Shown: positions 24,303-38,286 of the stretch, in pieces | Layout: each line of letters opens with the position of its first letter | Numbering within the stretch: position 1 is the first letter of the stretch | Origin: Tubiluchus corallicola | Taxonomy: Eukaryota; Animalia; Priapulida | DNA length: 64,000 nt | NCBI GenBank assembly: GCA_030141605.1 | Contig: JAQGDQ010000604.1 | Span: 1-64,000, forward strand | Reading direction: 5' to 3' | Program-made: the position numbers and the translations under genes | The notes under the pieces: model-generated | Databases searched by the model: none | What the model was told of the DNA's origin: nothing | The model's input: only the letters and a program-made list of their open reading frames with translations

Positions 24303-24752
24303 CCCTTTCAGGCCCAAATTATTTTTAATAAGAAAAAAAATTTTGGCTTGGTACTTTTGTTCAGTATATCCATCTTGTTTACACATAATTATTTTTTTCT
24401 ACCTGTGCCCGCGTGCTAAATATAGCCTGTATCCCGCGGGATACCTTGGGATTCAATGGAAGCAAAAATGTGCTTCATTTTGCAATTGCTGATAATTTTT
24501 TAAAATATTTAAGACATTTAGTATGTGTGCTATGCTGATCTGTACAAAGTCATCTCTAAAGTACTGTACCTTGCACAGTTTTTGTGCTACGTAGATTTTT
24601 TAATTTGCCATTTTATCACCATTTTCAGCATATTGTTATTGGCTTAAATCAAAATAACTATTAACAGATCAAACTGTCAGTTTTAAAATTTTATTAATTT
24701 TAAAGGCAGAAAATATTCTCGTATCCCACGGGATACAACGGGTATGAAAGGG
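24303..24752 (-). mobile_element. piggyBac-like MITE, short copy
   Basis: TTAA|CCCTTTCA...TGAAAGGG|ATAA; subterminal palindromes GTATCCC(G/A)CGGGATAC; reverse complement of 45031-45662 lacking its central segment. Confidence 0.85.
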
Positions 24753-24914
24753 ATAAACTTGCTTCTTTGGTCTCTAGCGCAGAATACATGAATTATATCT
24801 CAATTTTGTTGTATTTACGAAAATTTGATTTATAAAGGTACTTGCGATGCATAAATATTTGTTTATTGCACAATAAAATCGATTGAATTGAATCATTTTA
24901 ACGATATTAACAAG

Positions 24915-25385
24915 AAGGGCTTAGTAATAAGACTGCAATAAGCGGCTCGTGTAATTAGTAAAATTACTTTAAAGTCGCGATCATTCAACGCCTGGACGCT
25001 TCCAGTTTTAATACCCAATCTTCTTCCAATGACGTCATTCGTCCTGAAGAAAAGCAACACACTATCAATTTTTGTCAAAAGTTTTTACAAAAACACTAGA
25101 TAGATGATTTTGTAATATTTTTGCGTGAATACTAGGTAACCTGCAGAAATATGATTAGTTGAAGCAGCGCACGATCACGGAAAGCCACGAAGTCTCTCAG
25201 TTACGTCATAATTGTCAACGAATGGCGGCAATCACCGCGCCTGAAACTTTCTATTCAGAGGTAGTTTATTTTAGATTTAGACTTCACAGACAGTTCCTTA
25301 TAAATCTCTTTGCTATATTTTTATAAGTTTATGTGATAACAGAAAAATAAACCCATCCTACTGAGTGACTTGCTCTTTCCTTTAA
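24915..25385 (+). mobile_element. Kolobok-like family C, 5'-truncated copy
   Basis: Colinear with about 17250-17740; ends TTTCCTTTAA after a single terminal unit. Confidence 0.72.
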
Positions 25386-25889
25386 ATTAACACAGTTTAC
25401 TGTCTCACTGTAAGACGGTGAAAACAACGGATAATAGAATTCTTACGCTCGTAGATAAGACATCATCTTATTATAATTCGTGAAAATCAAACAGAAATTT
25501 CGTCACAATGTCATGGACCGGATTTACTAAAACGTTCAGTAAAAAACTTCGTAGGGATTTTTTGTTTGTTTCGCAAAGTTAGGATCGCATTTGACACCTT
25601 TCTTGGGTTACGAAACCTTTACGAATTCCATCGTAAGCTGACGTAGCGAACGATCTTACGAATAAAACAATTCGTACGAAGTTTTGTGGATCAGCCCCTG
25701 AATTCTAAACGAGGACCAACGACTAACAGTTCTGCAAAATTTTCGACTAACGAACGAATAGCAGACATAAAAATCTTTATGAGAATTTACGCAAAAAATC
25801 GTTCGGCAAAACCCGAATTACCAAAATTAGTTGTCCAAAAAAGTTTACGAAAAGTGTCGACGCTGTGGATTTATTCAAGGCCCAAAAGT

Positions 25890-26745
25890 GTGTAGGTACC
25901 GTGGAACGGAAGTATCACCTATGTTCAATATAAGTAAGTCGTTTTTCTTTAGTGCTTTCTTTATACTTGTACAGTCCAAAGCACGTGAGGACAGTACTGT
26001 TTGCTTCACAGCCCAGTACAGTACGCTCACAGCGCGAGCAACATGGTCTGGGATAAGACGCCTCACTTCAGGTAGAACCGTGTAACTGCGACAATTTAGG
26101 CCACTCGAAAGCAAACAATATTTTTTGTTCAGGATATTATCAAGTTTGTGTGTAAATTTTCGTAAGTTTGTTCATGTAAAATTGTTCAATTACAACATTA
26201 AAATTACACATGTTTGTTTCGCTTCAGACAGTATTACATGTAATTGTAATTTTTTCCGTAGATAATTATGTACTTTTTTATAATTTTAAGCTGAACCATA
26301 TGTTCGAAATAAATGATATAAATAAACAAAACAATGACTAAAAATGCTCCGAAGCAGCACCCCCAGTGACGAAATTTCCGAAGCATAACTCCCAGTGACT
26401 AAAACTTTTCCGAAGCATAACCCCCAGTGACTAAAAAATTTCCGAAGTATCACCCCCAGTGACTAAAAATTTTCCGAAGCAGCACCCCAATGACTAAAAA
26501 TTTTCCGAAGCATCACCCCCAGTGACTAAAAATTTTCCGAAGCATCACCCCCAGTGACTAATAATGTTCCGAAGCAGCACCCCCAGTGACTAAAAATTTT
26601 CCGAAGCAGCATCCCCAGTAAATAAAAATTTTCATAGGTAGCACCCCCAGTGACTAAAAGTTTTCCGAAGCCGCACCCCCAGTGACTAAAAAATTTCCGA
26701 AGTAGCACCATCAGTAATTGTAGCTACGACTCGCCAGTAACTCTA
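25890..26745 (+). mobile_element. hAT-like MITE family F copy carrying an expanded ~32-bp minisatellite (26335-26715)
   Basis: Colinear with 38563-39219 and 40845-41395; repeat unit CCCCAGTGACTAAAAATTTTCCGAAGCAGCA. Confidence 0.7.
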
Positions 26746-27732
26746 GCAACACAAACTCATAAAAGACTCACCAGTCACCATTCTACACAGCAGAAAAAAA
26801 CTTCAAACTCTAGAACCACGGTGACGTAATCAACTGTCACATTGCTACGATTGGTTACAGATTCACCACCTACTCTTCCCTTCGAGCAAAAATTCAAAGC
26901 TAACAACTCGGGACGTCAAACGAACAAAGTGTCAAAGCATCACAGCATCTCGCAGACTTCTCATCCTCATCACCCTGACCCCCAGCTTATGTACGCGTAA
27001 TAAATGAGGAAATTAATCTAATCAAACCCAGGCGGCAAGAGGATACCAGCCAGATGTTCGAATCCGAAAAAAACGGATCACCGAACGCTGTTAAACCTTT
27101 ACACAGTGTTTAACCTTTTTAATCTCCCAGCACAAATCAAAGGCTGTTTTTCGATTGTTTTTCAAGTATCGAACTTCCGTGGGGTTTTTTCTTGCCGCGA
27201 CTGTGCGAAAGCTAAGACTGTTGAATTCGCAACTGATCTTATCAAGTTTCTCGCTATAAACTCAAGCGTGCGCCCGATATTCGAGAGCTAAAGATTATGC
27301 CAAAGGTTCCGGACAAGAACATAAGTATCATGAGTTTTTTGCGTACGCACCCCATTTAACTTTGAATTATATAAAAACTACTGTAGACTAAATATTGGGA
27401 AATTCTCATTTTGTAACAGAATCGTAGATATTTGGAATTCTTTAGCCTATGGCACAGCTAGTGCCTCTAGTGTTAAACATTTTACATCGTTGTTGGAGAA
27501 TGAAAGCTTGTTGCAGCATTGTAAATTTGATCGTCACTTGTTAACAGAGCGCCACCTATAAGTGTTCAGTCTGTGTGGCTTCTCCCTTTTCTGTTGAATT
27601 ACATTGTGTACTACGTCGAAAAGAATAAATCAGATCAAACCAAGATGGACACGTTGAAAGCAAAGGGTCATGATGGTCACGAACAACATGTCTTAGCAAA
27701 GATGACAAGGGCAGTGAGACACACTTACAGCG

Positions 27733-27904
27733 AGAAGACTAATATTATTCGTTAAGGAAGCCAACAAGAAGACTTATATTATTCGTTAAGGAAGCCAACA
27801 AGAAGACTAATATTATTCGTTAAGGAAGCCAACAAGAAGACTAATATTATTCGTTAAGGAAGCCAACAAGAAGACTAATATTATTCGTTAAGGAAGCCAA
27901 CAAG
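27733..27904. repeat. 34-bp tandem repeat x5
   Basis: Unit AAGAAGACTAATATTATTCGTTAAGGAAGCCAAC. Confidence 0.95.
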
Positions 27905-28070
27905 TAAACTAAGCATGGAAACCAAACAGGCTCTAGAAACTAAACAAATAGACGTTTACAACAAACATTTCTCGAGACTAGAGAAAGGTTCAACACAAAA
28001 CTGGCACTGAATCTTTGCAATTTTCATTTGCCAACTGGTCTCAGACAACAGAATTTCAAATACTTAAATG

Positions 28071-28390
28071 TGCGATTACCAGACGTCCCTTAGATACGGG
28101 ATATATCCCATATTTGATAATTTGGTCCCCTGTTCCGTACTGACCTTTCAGGGATATCCAAATTTTCCATATTTTGTTCATTTTTAAATTTCGTAATAAA
28201 AATATATTTTAACTGCATTTTTACGGCTATTAGCTGTAATTTATAAGGAAATATCATAATTTTTTTCTCAGATTTTTTTATGAAAGTTACCTAAATGTAA
28301 CAAGGAAACTGGTGTTGCTGGAAATTGCTACTAGTAGAACAAGATTTTAAGAATGTCTCGTATTTCTAATTTTCCAATCTGGAAACCCTA
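28071..28390. mobile_element. hAT (Blackjack-like) MITE
   Basis: Degenerate TIRs TGCGATTACCAGA...TCTGGAAACCCTA; flanks CTTAAATG and GTTAAATG. Confidence 0.6.
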
Positions 28391-28831
28391 GTTAAATGCA
28401 AATATTTCAGATGACTTATGGAACATAGGTGCACGTTCAGCTAACTTCAATTCAGATTTTTTTCCTAGGTATGCACCTATACATTCTGTGTCAATTCAGT
28501 CTCTCGGCAAGGTTGGGCTTATAAGGCGTTTGCACTAGGTTACCTGTGTAATATAGTATGCGATTTTAGTCTCTAAACGTTCTGCGCAAAACTGCTGCCT
28601 CTGCCCTCCAAGAATCACATTATGCTTCTCCTGAATGCAAACCCTTTTACTGAGGCATTTGAATTCATCCTAAGTGTCCAAACCTTTGAGCCGGCAGATG
28701 ATAAATTCACCCAACAGGTGGCGAAGAGTGCTTTAGGATTAGACGCTCTTAAGTACCATGCTACGTGTCTGGCTATCAACCAAGTTCAGCCTCCAGAGAC
28801 TACTGTATATTTCCTATCACGTATATACTCT

Positions 28832-29022
28832 ACTACGTCCATGTCACGTTGAAAACACCGGTTCTCGTCTGATCACCGAAGCTAAGCAACGTAGAGCCTG
28901 GTTAGTACTTGGATGGGTGACTGCCTAGGAATACCAGGTGCTGTAGGCCTGCGGGATGCCCACACTGTATCTCGACATTAGGCGGAGGAGCTGCACAAGC
29001 AGCCAGACGGATGCCAACAACA
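28832..29022 (+). mobile_element. 5S rRNA-derived SINE, short internally deleted form
   Basis: 5S-like head at 28832-28950 (box A AGCTAAGC, box C GGATGGGTGAC), ~55 nt of the same body as the long copy, then GACGGATGCCAACAACA; TSD ATATACTCT at 28823-28831 and 29023-29031. Confidence 0.9.
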
Positions 29023-31951
29023 ATATACTCTGATATATACTATCAGCTTATAGACTATAGCTGTTAGTGTTATTTTGGACGCCATTTTGACTGCCATGTT
29101 GGAGGGGGTGGTGAACTAAATTAACATCAACTTAAAACCTTGTCGAGACCATACTGATCTTTGTGGTACACCTCGGGCGACTATACGCTATTCTGAAGGC
29201 CATATATGAGAGGGTTTGTGACAACGATATTCAAACTCAGAAATGACCAATCCTGTTGAAAATGTCGGCAAAGAGGTCCGTACGTGGAAGTTCCAGAGAT
29301 TATGGAATGTTTCAAAAGTTGCAGGTTGGAAAAACTGCAGTTCAGCAGCAGAGGAGTAGAGTGACAAACCCATGGAACACTAAGGCCCATTTCACACCGA
29401 GGACGCGCACACGAGGAGGACCAGCTAAAAGCTATGCATCCTCCTCGTGAGGAATTTCGCCACACGGTAGAAATATTCCATGTTCCGTTTTTGAGAGGAA
29501 TCCTCGCGAAATTCAGTCTTAAATTTAACTACTCGATTACTTCTTTCTTATTTAATAAACAACATTTAACACATTTCAACGTAAAATTATAATATTTAAT
29601 CTCGCTTTAACAGATTGACGATTTTGTGTTTTATTAAAGCAATATTGATGGCCATATTCGTGAAAAAGAAAAATAGTGTACACATATATTTATATGTATA
29701 TTTTCAGATTTTGAAGTAGGTACTAGAGCTTTACTAAAAAACAAACAGGTCTGACATTGCACACTGACTATATTAATTGTAGTTTGTATGAGAAATACGG
29801 CAAGTATAACTTAATTTAGACATTGTTATACAGTATAAAACTCGCAAAATACCTGCAGCTAACTGTTTCACTGTGAAATGAACTTTCTTGCTGCATGGGA
29901 TTTTGAGAAGAATTGGAAATTTTCTTAAAAATTTCTGATTTTCTGACAGCAATTCTGTGCGTCCATTTTCCTTGCATCCCCGCCCAAGTTTCTTAACGCC
30001 AGTATACAAGCAAGACCTCCCTGTACCAGTGAGGTTGAAAAGATCAGTTGCAACTAATGATGACAAAGCTACGTGACCTCAAACACAGGCTGTGTGCAAT
30101 AAATTTTACACCAAGCTTTTTAGACTGCAAACCGATACAGCAGTAATTTATACAACTATTTTAAGCTAAATATCCATAAATAAAAACTAGTTCAAACTGC
30201 TTGTAATGAAATGCTTGGCTACTTTCGGGAGGCAGTTACCTGTTAAAACTGATTCCAAATGACCTAAAAATTCGATCTTCAGACAACGAGAAAAAATGGA
30301 ACACACGGGAAAACTAAAAATTGAAAACTTTTTTTCAAAATTGTTTTTTCACGACATTCAGAGAACGTGCTATATAAACTAAGCTTCAACTAAGTCGTCT
30401 GATAAGACCGTGATTAGTGACACATGTTTACTTAAAAGATGGTGCCTCCGTTGAAAAGTGATATAAAACTTTATTAAGATGATCAGTTACGTTTATTTAC
30501 ACTTTTATGTTCCGTGAAGCTGAGATTATTTTCTTACCTGCTTCGGTGTAAACTTTAGACTATTAGTAGAAACAAGTACATATATGCGTGCTTGCATAGC
30601 AAAAACTTTCATAAATCGGCTTTCTAGTAGTAGGCCTACTGTCAATTGTACGTTGTAAAGGCAAGTTTCAGTGTTAAACACATAATTAAATCATACGCGT
30701 ATAATCAATGCGTTAAAAACTGCTTGGTACGTGTCACGGCGCCTTTTTTTACGTGCTTGCTCTCCCTGACTTTAGAACCTGGCTAAAACCCTGGTACAAG
30801 TGTTGAAAACTGTGTGTGGTAAATTCAATGAAAAAAATTTAATCTTCAGAATTATATTTGGAGAATTATTGATCTGACAGTGTTGAAATAATTGATAAAA
30901 TTAATTAGATAATATTTTTTGTTTAAAATTTTCAAATTTTAATATGTACAAATTTTCAAAAACATGTTCCCGTTTTTAATGTTATTTAAGATTTTAAATT
31001 TTAAAAGCTCTCTGCAGTTACAAGGCATTCGTTTACCAAAATTTCGCATAAAAAACTTGTTTTTCCTTAAAATGCTGTTTATGGGAAAGTAAATGTGTGC
31101 TTGCATAGCAAAATCGTCCACAAGTCGGCAATTAAGTTTTTCTAGCTATTCGCATATCCTGAATCTCCATTTCATGAGGATCATTTTGATACCAAGTTCA
31201 TCACTCTATGTTATTTCTAAGCTGAGATAATCAACGTTGAAGTTGAGGTGCAGACTGCACTGAAAAACTTAATCTTGAGAAAATCACTGTTAAAGTTAGC
31301 CATTGTTTTTTGTCGCGTTTCTACAAAACACTTAGCAACTGCTCAAATGTTGGTTGCTATGGACTTTGCAAGAACACATTGAAGTTATGTTTAAATCCAG
31401 TAGATGGCTCTTCTTGATGACGATCTGGGCATGGCAGTAAAAAAACCCCAAAGCAAAATGACCTCTTCCGTGAGCTACTATCGAACTTTGAACATAAAAG
31501 ACTTTTTACAATTGCAGTGCTAGCGTCTAGCGAGAAAAGTGGGTACGAGATTATAAAATCAGATTTTTAGTATTTTTTGAACATTTTTAATGCTAGAACA
31601 TAAAAGTCCAATATATTTAGCGTTTGTTTTTATAAAAAATAAAAAGTTGACATTTGACCAAATTTCTGGTGCATTATACTTTGGCCCACCATAACTTAGT
31701 TTTAACTACACCGACTTACGGACGGTTTTGGTTTGATGCACACATATAATGAACAATAATTTGAAGGACAAGAAAATGGGTACTTGAAGTAGGCTTCAGA
31801 AAAATCGCTTTAAAAATTGTATTAGTTTAAAGCAAATTTATGCGTATATCGTACTCGCATTGAAAGGATTTTTTGCTTATTTTCATTTTACATCTCCCGC
31901 AATACTGTTCTGACTGCGCCATTACATGACATCAATAATGCACAATGTAAA

Positions 31952-32840
31952 TCAGGGGAAGAAAAGGAAATGTTAAACTATGTCCCAAAAAACTTTCTGT
32001 GCGCAAAGTTATATGACTTAGCATTTTGCTTAAATGCTTGAAGGATTTATTTAACGAGAAAAGAAAATTATTAATTATTTAAAATGTTTTCACCAATTGG
32101 TAAAATGTCATTGACTCACCCACCAGGATGCACCACTCACTAATCAAAAAACTTATTTTTAATCTCACTGACAAAGTACAGTAACCTAAAATTTTACTTA
32201 GTTAATAATGTTTGTGCTACGAATGCTTTGATCATTTTTTCAAACTTCACTCAATGTTGTCTAAACTTATTTTAAACGACCTACCATCAAAATGGCAGCA
32301 TCTAACGGTCGTCGCAGGAGTTTAGATTTACACATTTTATACAGCGTTACTGCCGTGGCAAGCCCTGTATGCAAACAGACAGTACACAAGTGGTATAAAA
32401 TTTCAAGATGTATTTTTTAAACATTATGTAAATAGAGGGTTTTCTTATGCTTTAATCCTGAAAATTTATCGTTAGAATGTCTGCATCTAACGGTCGTCGC
32501 GGGAGTTTAGGTTTACATGTTTTATACAGCGTTACTGCTGACGCAAGCCCTGTATGCAAAAAAGGTAGTACGTAAATGGTATAAAATTTCAAGACGAATT
32601 TTTTAAACTTTATGTAAATAGAGGGTTTTCTTGCGCTTTAATCCTGAAAATTCAAGGTTAAAATGCCTGCATCTAACGGTCATCGCGGTAGTTTACATTT
32701 ACACGTTTTATACGGCATTACTGCCGACGCAAGCCCTGTATGCAAAATGACAATACGTAAGCGGCATAAAATTTCAAGACGAATTTTTTAAACTTTATGT
32801 AAGTAGAGGGTTTTCTTGCGCTTTAATCCTGAAAATTCAA
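31952..32840 (+). mobile_element. Kolobok-like family D copy with triplicated ~185-bp 3' end
   Basis: Colinear with 39450-39932, 45688-46163 and 52028-53012; GCATCTAACGGTC at 32298, 32483 and 32669; each unit ends GGGTTTTCTTRYGCTTTAATCCTGAAAA. Confidence 0.75.
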
Positions 32841-35800
32841 ACGTGTTTATATTGCAAAGCTGCTTTTAGAAACCACATTCTCACACGGTTTGCCATTTAT
32901 CGTCTGCTTGTGCGCTTCCGCATTTCATAATAAGTTTTCTCAGGGTTCGCAAGATTCATGGAGCATTAGATGCTGTATAGTAAAACATTAATATGTAACC
33001 ATGATTCCACTTTCAGAATCATTTCAGGAGCCGTGGATTTCTTTAAACCCATGTCACCACGGACTCTTCACAATTTACATCCATTTCACATGTGCATAAT
33101 CTTAAAATGCATACCAATCATAAATTTACCACATGATAAATGTTTCTCTTTCCCATCTTTTCCTCAGTCTGCAACATGGGAAATGTAGCTTGACCAGTTT
33201 TCAAACACATAATAGCTCTGACCACATGCTGTTGAGCTGAATGGCTAAGCAGTTGGCTGTACGTATTGCCCACTGTATCAAATAACCAAGTTTGTCTTTC
33301 TGCAGCTCTACATGATATCTGAAAAAGTAGAAATCTATTGCTGATTAAAGACTTAGAAAGCAGGCAAAGAAATATTTCAAGACGCAGTAAGGTTAGCTAT
33401 AAGGATGACACTTGAATCGTAACAACAGTAATCACAAAAGTTCTAGTTTTGCACGTAGAGAAGCAAAAAAATGCAAAATAGATATACAGTGTGTCTATAA
33501 TGCCTCTTTACAATTTTAGAAATTTATTACAAAGGCAGTTGACAAGATTTCTTAACTTATTTGTTTTGTTTTATTCAATGTTTATTTAAGTTTGAGATCA
33601 CATTGAAATTTTGCGTTTTATGTAGATCTCCAGTTGATATAAATAGTAATATATATATATATAATTCTATACTGCCATTGTTATACGTACACAAGTACCA
33701 TATATACAAGTAAAATAATTATGTATAACCAGCTAAAAAACTGCTACTTGCAATAGTGTTAAAAACAAAATACCAATACAAGTAACATCAAATACAAAAA
33801 TTTCAATATAAAACTAATCCACGTCTAGCAAACGACATTAAACAATACATACAATTATACAATACGAACTCAAATGACACAATGACATAAAAAACATACT
33901 TTTCAACACAATGACTAATACACATAATAACATCGCTATCTAATGCCAATTAAAACCTACAACAAACATAATGCAATATACATATTTTATAACGTTTTAA
34001 AAACCAATTGGAACTAGTTATAATTCAAGAAAAAGAAAATTTCAAGACGAATTTTTTAAACTTTATGTAAATAGAGTGTTTTCTTGCGCTTTAATCCTGA
34101 AAATTCAATGTCAGATTACCAGAAAGAAACTGAAATAACCAGAAACCAACAATTATGAAATCACCTTATTTTAACTTTTATAAAACATAATGTGCATATT
34201 GAGGGAACTACTTAATTTAAACAACCCACAAAACTGCCAAGTCTAATAAGCATTATTTGGGCTCTACTTTACTATTTAGATTTTAACATGGAAAATATTG
34301 CAGCGATGTAAAACCGTTAGGTCTGCATGATACAAATCGCATACATTGCAAGATACAATTCTATAGCATCATTTACAATAGTAATGAAATACTAAGTAAA
34401 CTTTACACAGTAAAACAAAACAAGTGTAAAAAGGCTTTTCAGCACTAATATTGCTTGTCAGGTCTTTCCTAATGCATAAGCTTTTCTTGTCATATTCCAT
34501 GTCATTTATGCATAAGTGGGCTTTGGTCTCACAATGCCATATGTGTTTGATAATGTAAATGATATACATTATATAAAATAACAAAATGAATTGTAACATA
34601 ACACACCCAGCCTTAAGTATGAATTATTGCCCGCCTATGAAGCCAGACAATTTGACAGATGTAATGCCGGATGCACAACATTACAGCACGTGACCTACTA
34701 TGAAGTATTGCGATATTTCAGATTTATATAATTATACATTTGTGGAGCTGTTTATTTAATTTCACTGAGTGTTCAAATATTCCAGCTAGTATAAAATACA
34801 TATGCAGTGAGTAGAGTAATTTGAGTAAATTAACAAATATCATGTTGCAAATGAAGTAGATTTAAAGTAAAGTTACGAGAGTCTTGCCATGGAATTTATA
34901 CATAAATAAAGCAATTTGGAGCTCATTAATGTCCAAAAGGCGAAATTGATTTAAAAGCAAATGCACTACGATCAATACAAGCAGAAAATGTGAGTGTTGG
35001 AATGATTTTTTCCGTGGTTTTTCAATTTTTGATAACTTGGATATGCATGTACTGCATCATGTTGCAGGAATTAATGTACGGCAGTGTTAAAGAACTTTTT
35101 TAACGAGTACAGACTGTACAGTGTAAAGAAGATAATGGTGCACTTTATAAATTGCCTAAAATTTATAAAAATTTAAAAGTTTGCTTTCAGTTGGTTTCAG
35201 ACGTTCTGGTTAAGTACGATGCTCATAAATTGTAATCAATAAGATGACACGTGCTTGGCTTGTTTGAAGTGCATAACTGTATAACTATGCATACTAACCA
35301 GTTACCACAAGTGGTCAAAATACGAAGTGAGAAAAAATATCACACAATAAAAATAGGTGTACAACCTAACCTGTGTTAAAAACGGCTAGTTCGCCTGTCT
35401 AACTAACTAATTTACGATATACCACAATAGCTCAAACATTATCACTAACAATAATAACTCGAAATACTGTATGCTTGTGCTGAATCGCTCTGGTCAGGTT
35501 TTGCTGTAACTAACTGTATGTGATCAGAGTACATGAATAGAGTATATACTGTATCTACTGCGTGACCATCATACAGCGCCATCTAGTTTGCAGCGCAATA
35601 AATATTTTTCTTAGCTCCACGGCCACAGCAGTTTCTTATTATTCTAACAGTAATGATCAACAATACAGACGTTAATAAAGCAGAAAAAAACCAAAGGCTG
35701 CCCAATCAGTTAATCTCAACTGCTAATTAGGTGGCTGTGCAATGCATGACTTTCTTTCAAAATTTAACTCTGTAACGGTTTAATTCCATTCATTGTTTAG

Positions 35801-37370
35801 TTTCACTACAATTGTCTGCAGATACAAACTGCAGTTTTCATTTAAACAAAGATTGTTATTCACGTATTTGTAATTGTTTTTGCAGTAATATGGCATATCA
35901 GCGATTGCTGATATAGTGTATTGCAGGACTGCTGAATGCATGTACAATATGCATTAATTTTTACTGCCAAAAGCCCCACACACTTCTGATTATAACTCCC
36001 AATTTTTTGACAAAACAAACCTCGTTATAACGTCCCCTTTACAATGCCAATCTCGCCGAATGCCCAAATTTTTAGCAAAACAAAATATCTATATTTGCGC
36101 GTCTTATTGCATAGAGTAGTTAATACCAATTGTTACAATGCAAAATTATTTATAAAGCCAATTATTTTGCAGTGTCAAGGTGGGCAGTATAAATAGGTTT
36201 GACTATAATTATTAAAACCAAAAATATTACTAATTTTATCAAACATTTATTAATTTCTCTCTCATTTTTACATCAAATTTATCGGATGCCATCATCTTTT
36301 TTATGACTAATTTCTTATCACAAACAATTTTTGAACATTCAGTGTCACATATGGATGAGCATGATGCTGGTCAGGCAAAATCGAGCAAGAATCGTTATAA
36401 AATTTAAACAACGAATTGAACAAAACTACTTACTTATAATAACATACAATCATAACAACAATATAAAAATGAAACTTGGACATTTATAAACATTATATAC
36501 ATACATGCACTACTGGTTCATTAATTGATTAGTGTTGCCAGCACCATTAGTGCATCTCTCAAAAGTACATACACTACCATAAGAACGTCAATGCTAACAA
36601 TACGAAATTTAAACAAAAGTACCACCCACATAAATTTTAAAAACTAACAGCTAAACATTTGAAACGTTTGCTAATTTGAACAATTGTTCATCATAAAAAA
36701 AATATTGTTGAGATTTTGTGTCAAACTGTCAGAAATAACGTTCTTGTTGCAGGAGAAGCAAAGCTGACAAAATGATTGTACAGCAACCATTTTATTACTG
36801 TAGAAAAGAAAGCAGATAAATTCTTAAACACAAAATGATTAAAATGAGGTTAAAATGTACTAAAATTAGCTGCAAGGCAAAGCATTGTCACAAGTATTGC
36901 TTTATACAAAAATATACCACATATGCCACGATGAGATAACAATATATGTATCGAAAAATTTTATAAACAAACACCATCATTGTGTAAAAGTCGCCTAAAA
37001 TTGGTAAAAGCTCTAAAAAACTACTCTAAATCCTCTTAGCTGCCGATACTGGCAAATATTATAACATATCACATTCTGGCTAACATATAAGACTGTTTTA
37101 CAATGAAATAACCAAATCACAGTTCAATATATTTAATATTAAGGCAGTATGAAAGTAAAGAGAGAAACAAAGATAAAAAATAACATACAAGTAAGAAAAT
37201 TACAATAGACGTAACTCCTATTCATATTCAATGTATAATTAAGAATTTTAACTTTATATACCATAATTGTGTAAATACTACATTGATTAAATTAACAGTA
37301 AAAAAGTAAAACTGCTATAAAAAGTACTATCTCTATGTAAAATAAAGTCGCGTAATTTGGAATACTTGAT

Positions 37371-38286
37371 TTACAAATAGGTAATGGATGGGAATGTGGA
37401 ATAATCCAACATAGCGGTGCCTTCAGGTCCACAACTAAACACAACCACGTTTTCAGTACTTTCAACTTCATTACTTTTGCCGCCCGACCTACTTACTTCA
37501 CTGCTATTAAACAGCATAGACTCTCTTACTGCATCAATGTTTGCCAAACCTTCAAAAGAGCTGCCTGACTTAGACCGCAACGACAACGTATACGTTACCG
37601 GTTTGCACTCGACGTTACCGTCGTCGTCTATAGAACACGACGTAATCGAAAACGATCGAATCGCCTTTTTTGCCGCTTCTAATTCCTCTTCATCACAGTT
37701 AGCATTGATGAGGCACAAATCGTCGACGAGGAAGTTCTCCGGTAACTCCTCCTCCCCGTCGGTAACTTCGCACAAAGTTTCGATCAAGCTTCCACATACC
37801 ACATTCGAATCGTCGTCTACGGAACAAACCGTCTTTGAGGTAGATGTGCATTCCACACAGCTAGATAGCAGCACCGGTGCACTGGAAGCAGAAACAAAAT
37901 CAGCACTCGCCGAGTTCGACAACCGAAGACCCTGCTGCTGAAGAAACGTCAACAATGGTAGCTCATTGGCCAACAGACCCGAGTTACATCTCTTTCCGAG
38001 CACCAGGCCTTTTGGAAGAAAGAACTTTCCACTAGTCATGGAACTCGCGCTCTCTTTAGCTGCGGGCTCTAGCGAAATCTCGATGTTCCTGACACGGTCA
38101 GTTGAACGTTTTTCGTCGCCGCTTCCTGCTTCGGTTACATTGTTAACATTTTGGCACTTTGATGGCATAATTTCATCAATGAGTTCCATGTCCGTACCAC
38201 CATGATTATCATTTGCCTGCTCTACAATATCGGATACCGTCACTAGGTTGTTCATGCTAATAATGTCATCCTTGGTTTTAGTTCCA
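37371..38286 (-). CDS. C-type-lectin-domain membrane protein, terminal exon (Ser/acid-rich cytoplasmic tail)
   Basis: Longest ORF in the window, GC-richer than its flanks; tttttcag acceptor in phase 2 matches the preceding exon; TAA at 37371-37373. Confidence 0.8.

Noticed and set aside
27225-27245. Initiator-like TCAGTT on the minus strand as the SULF promoter
   Set aside because: A 6-mer alone is not evidence, and no donor linking it to the 23088 acceptor could be established.
28832-28950. Functional 5S rRNA gene (also 13922-14040)
   Set aside because: No oligo-T terminator, substitutions in the 5' stem, a shared non-5S body and TSDs; these are SINE heads.
37417-38205. Plus-strand ORFs of 174 aa and 79 aa
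   Set aside because: Antisense shadows of the minus-strand terminal exon.
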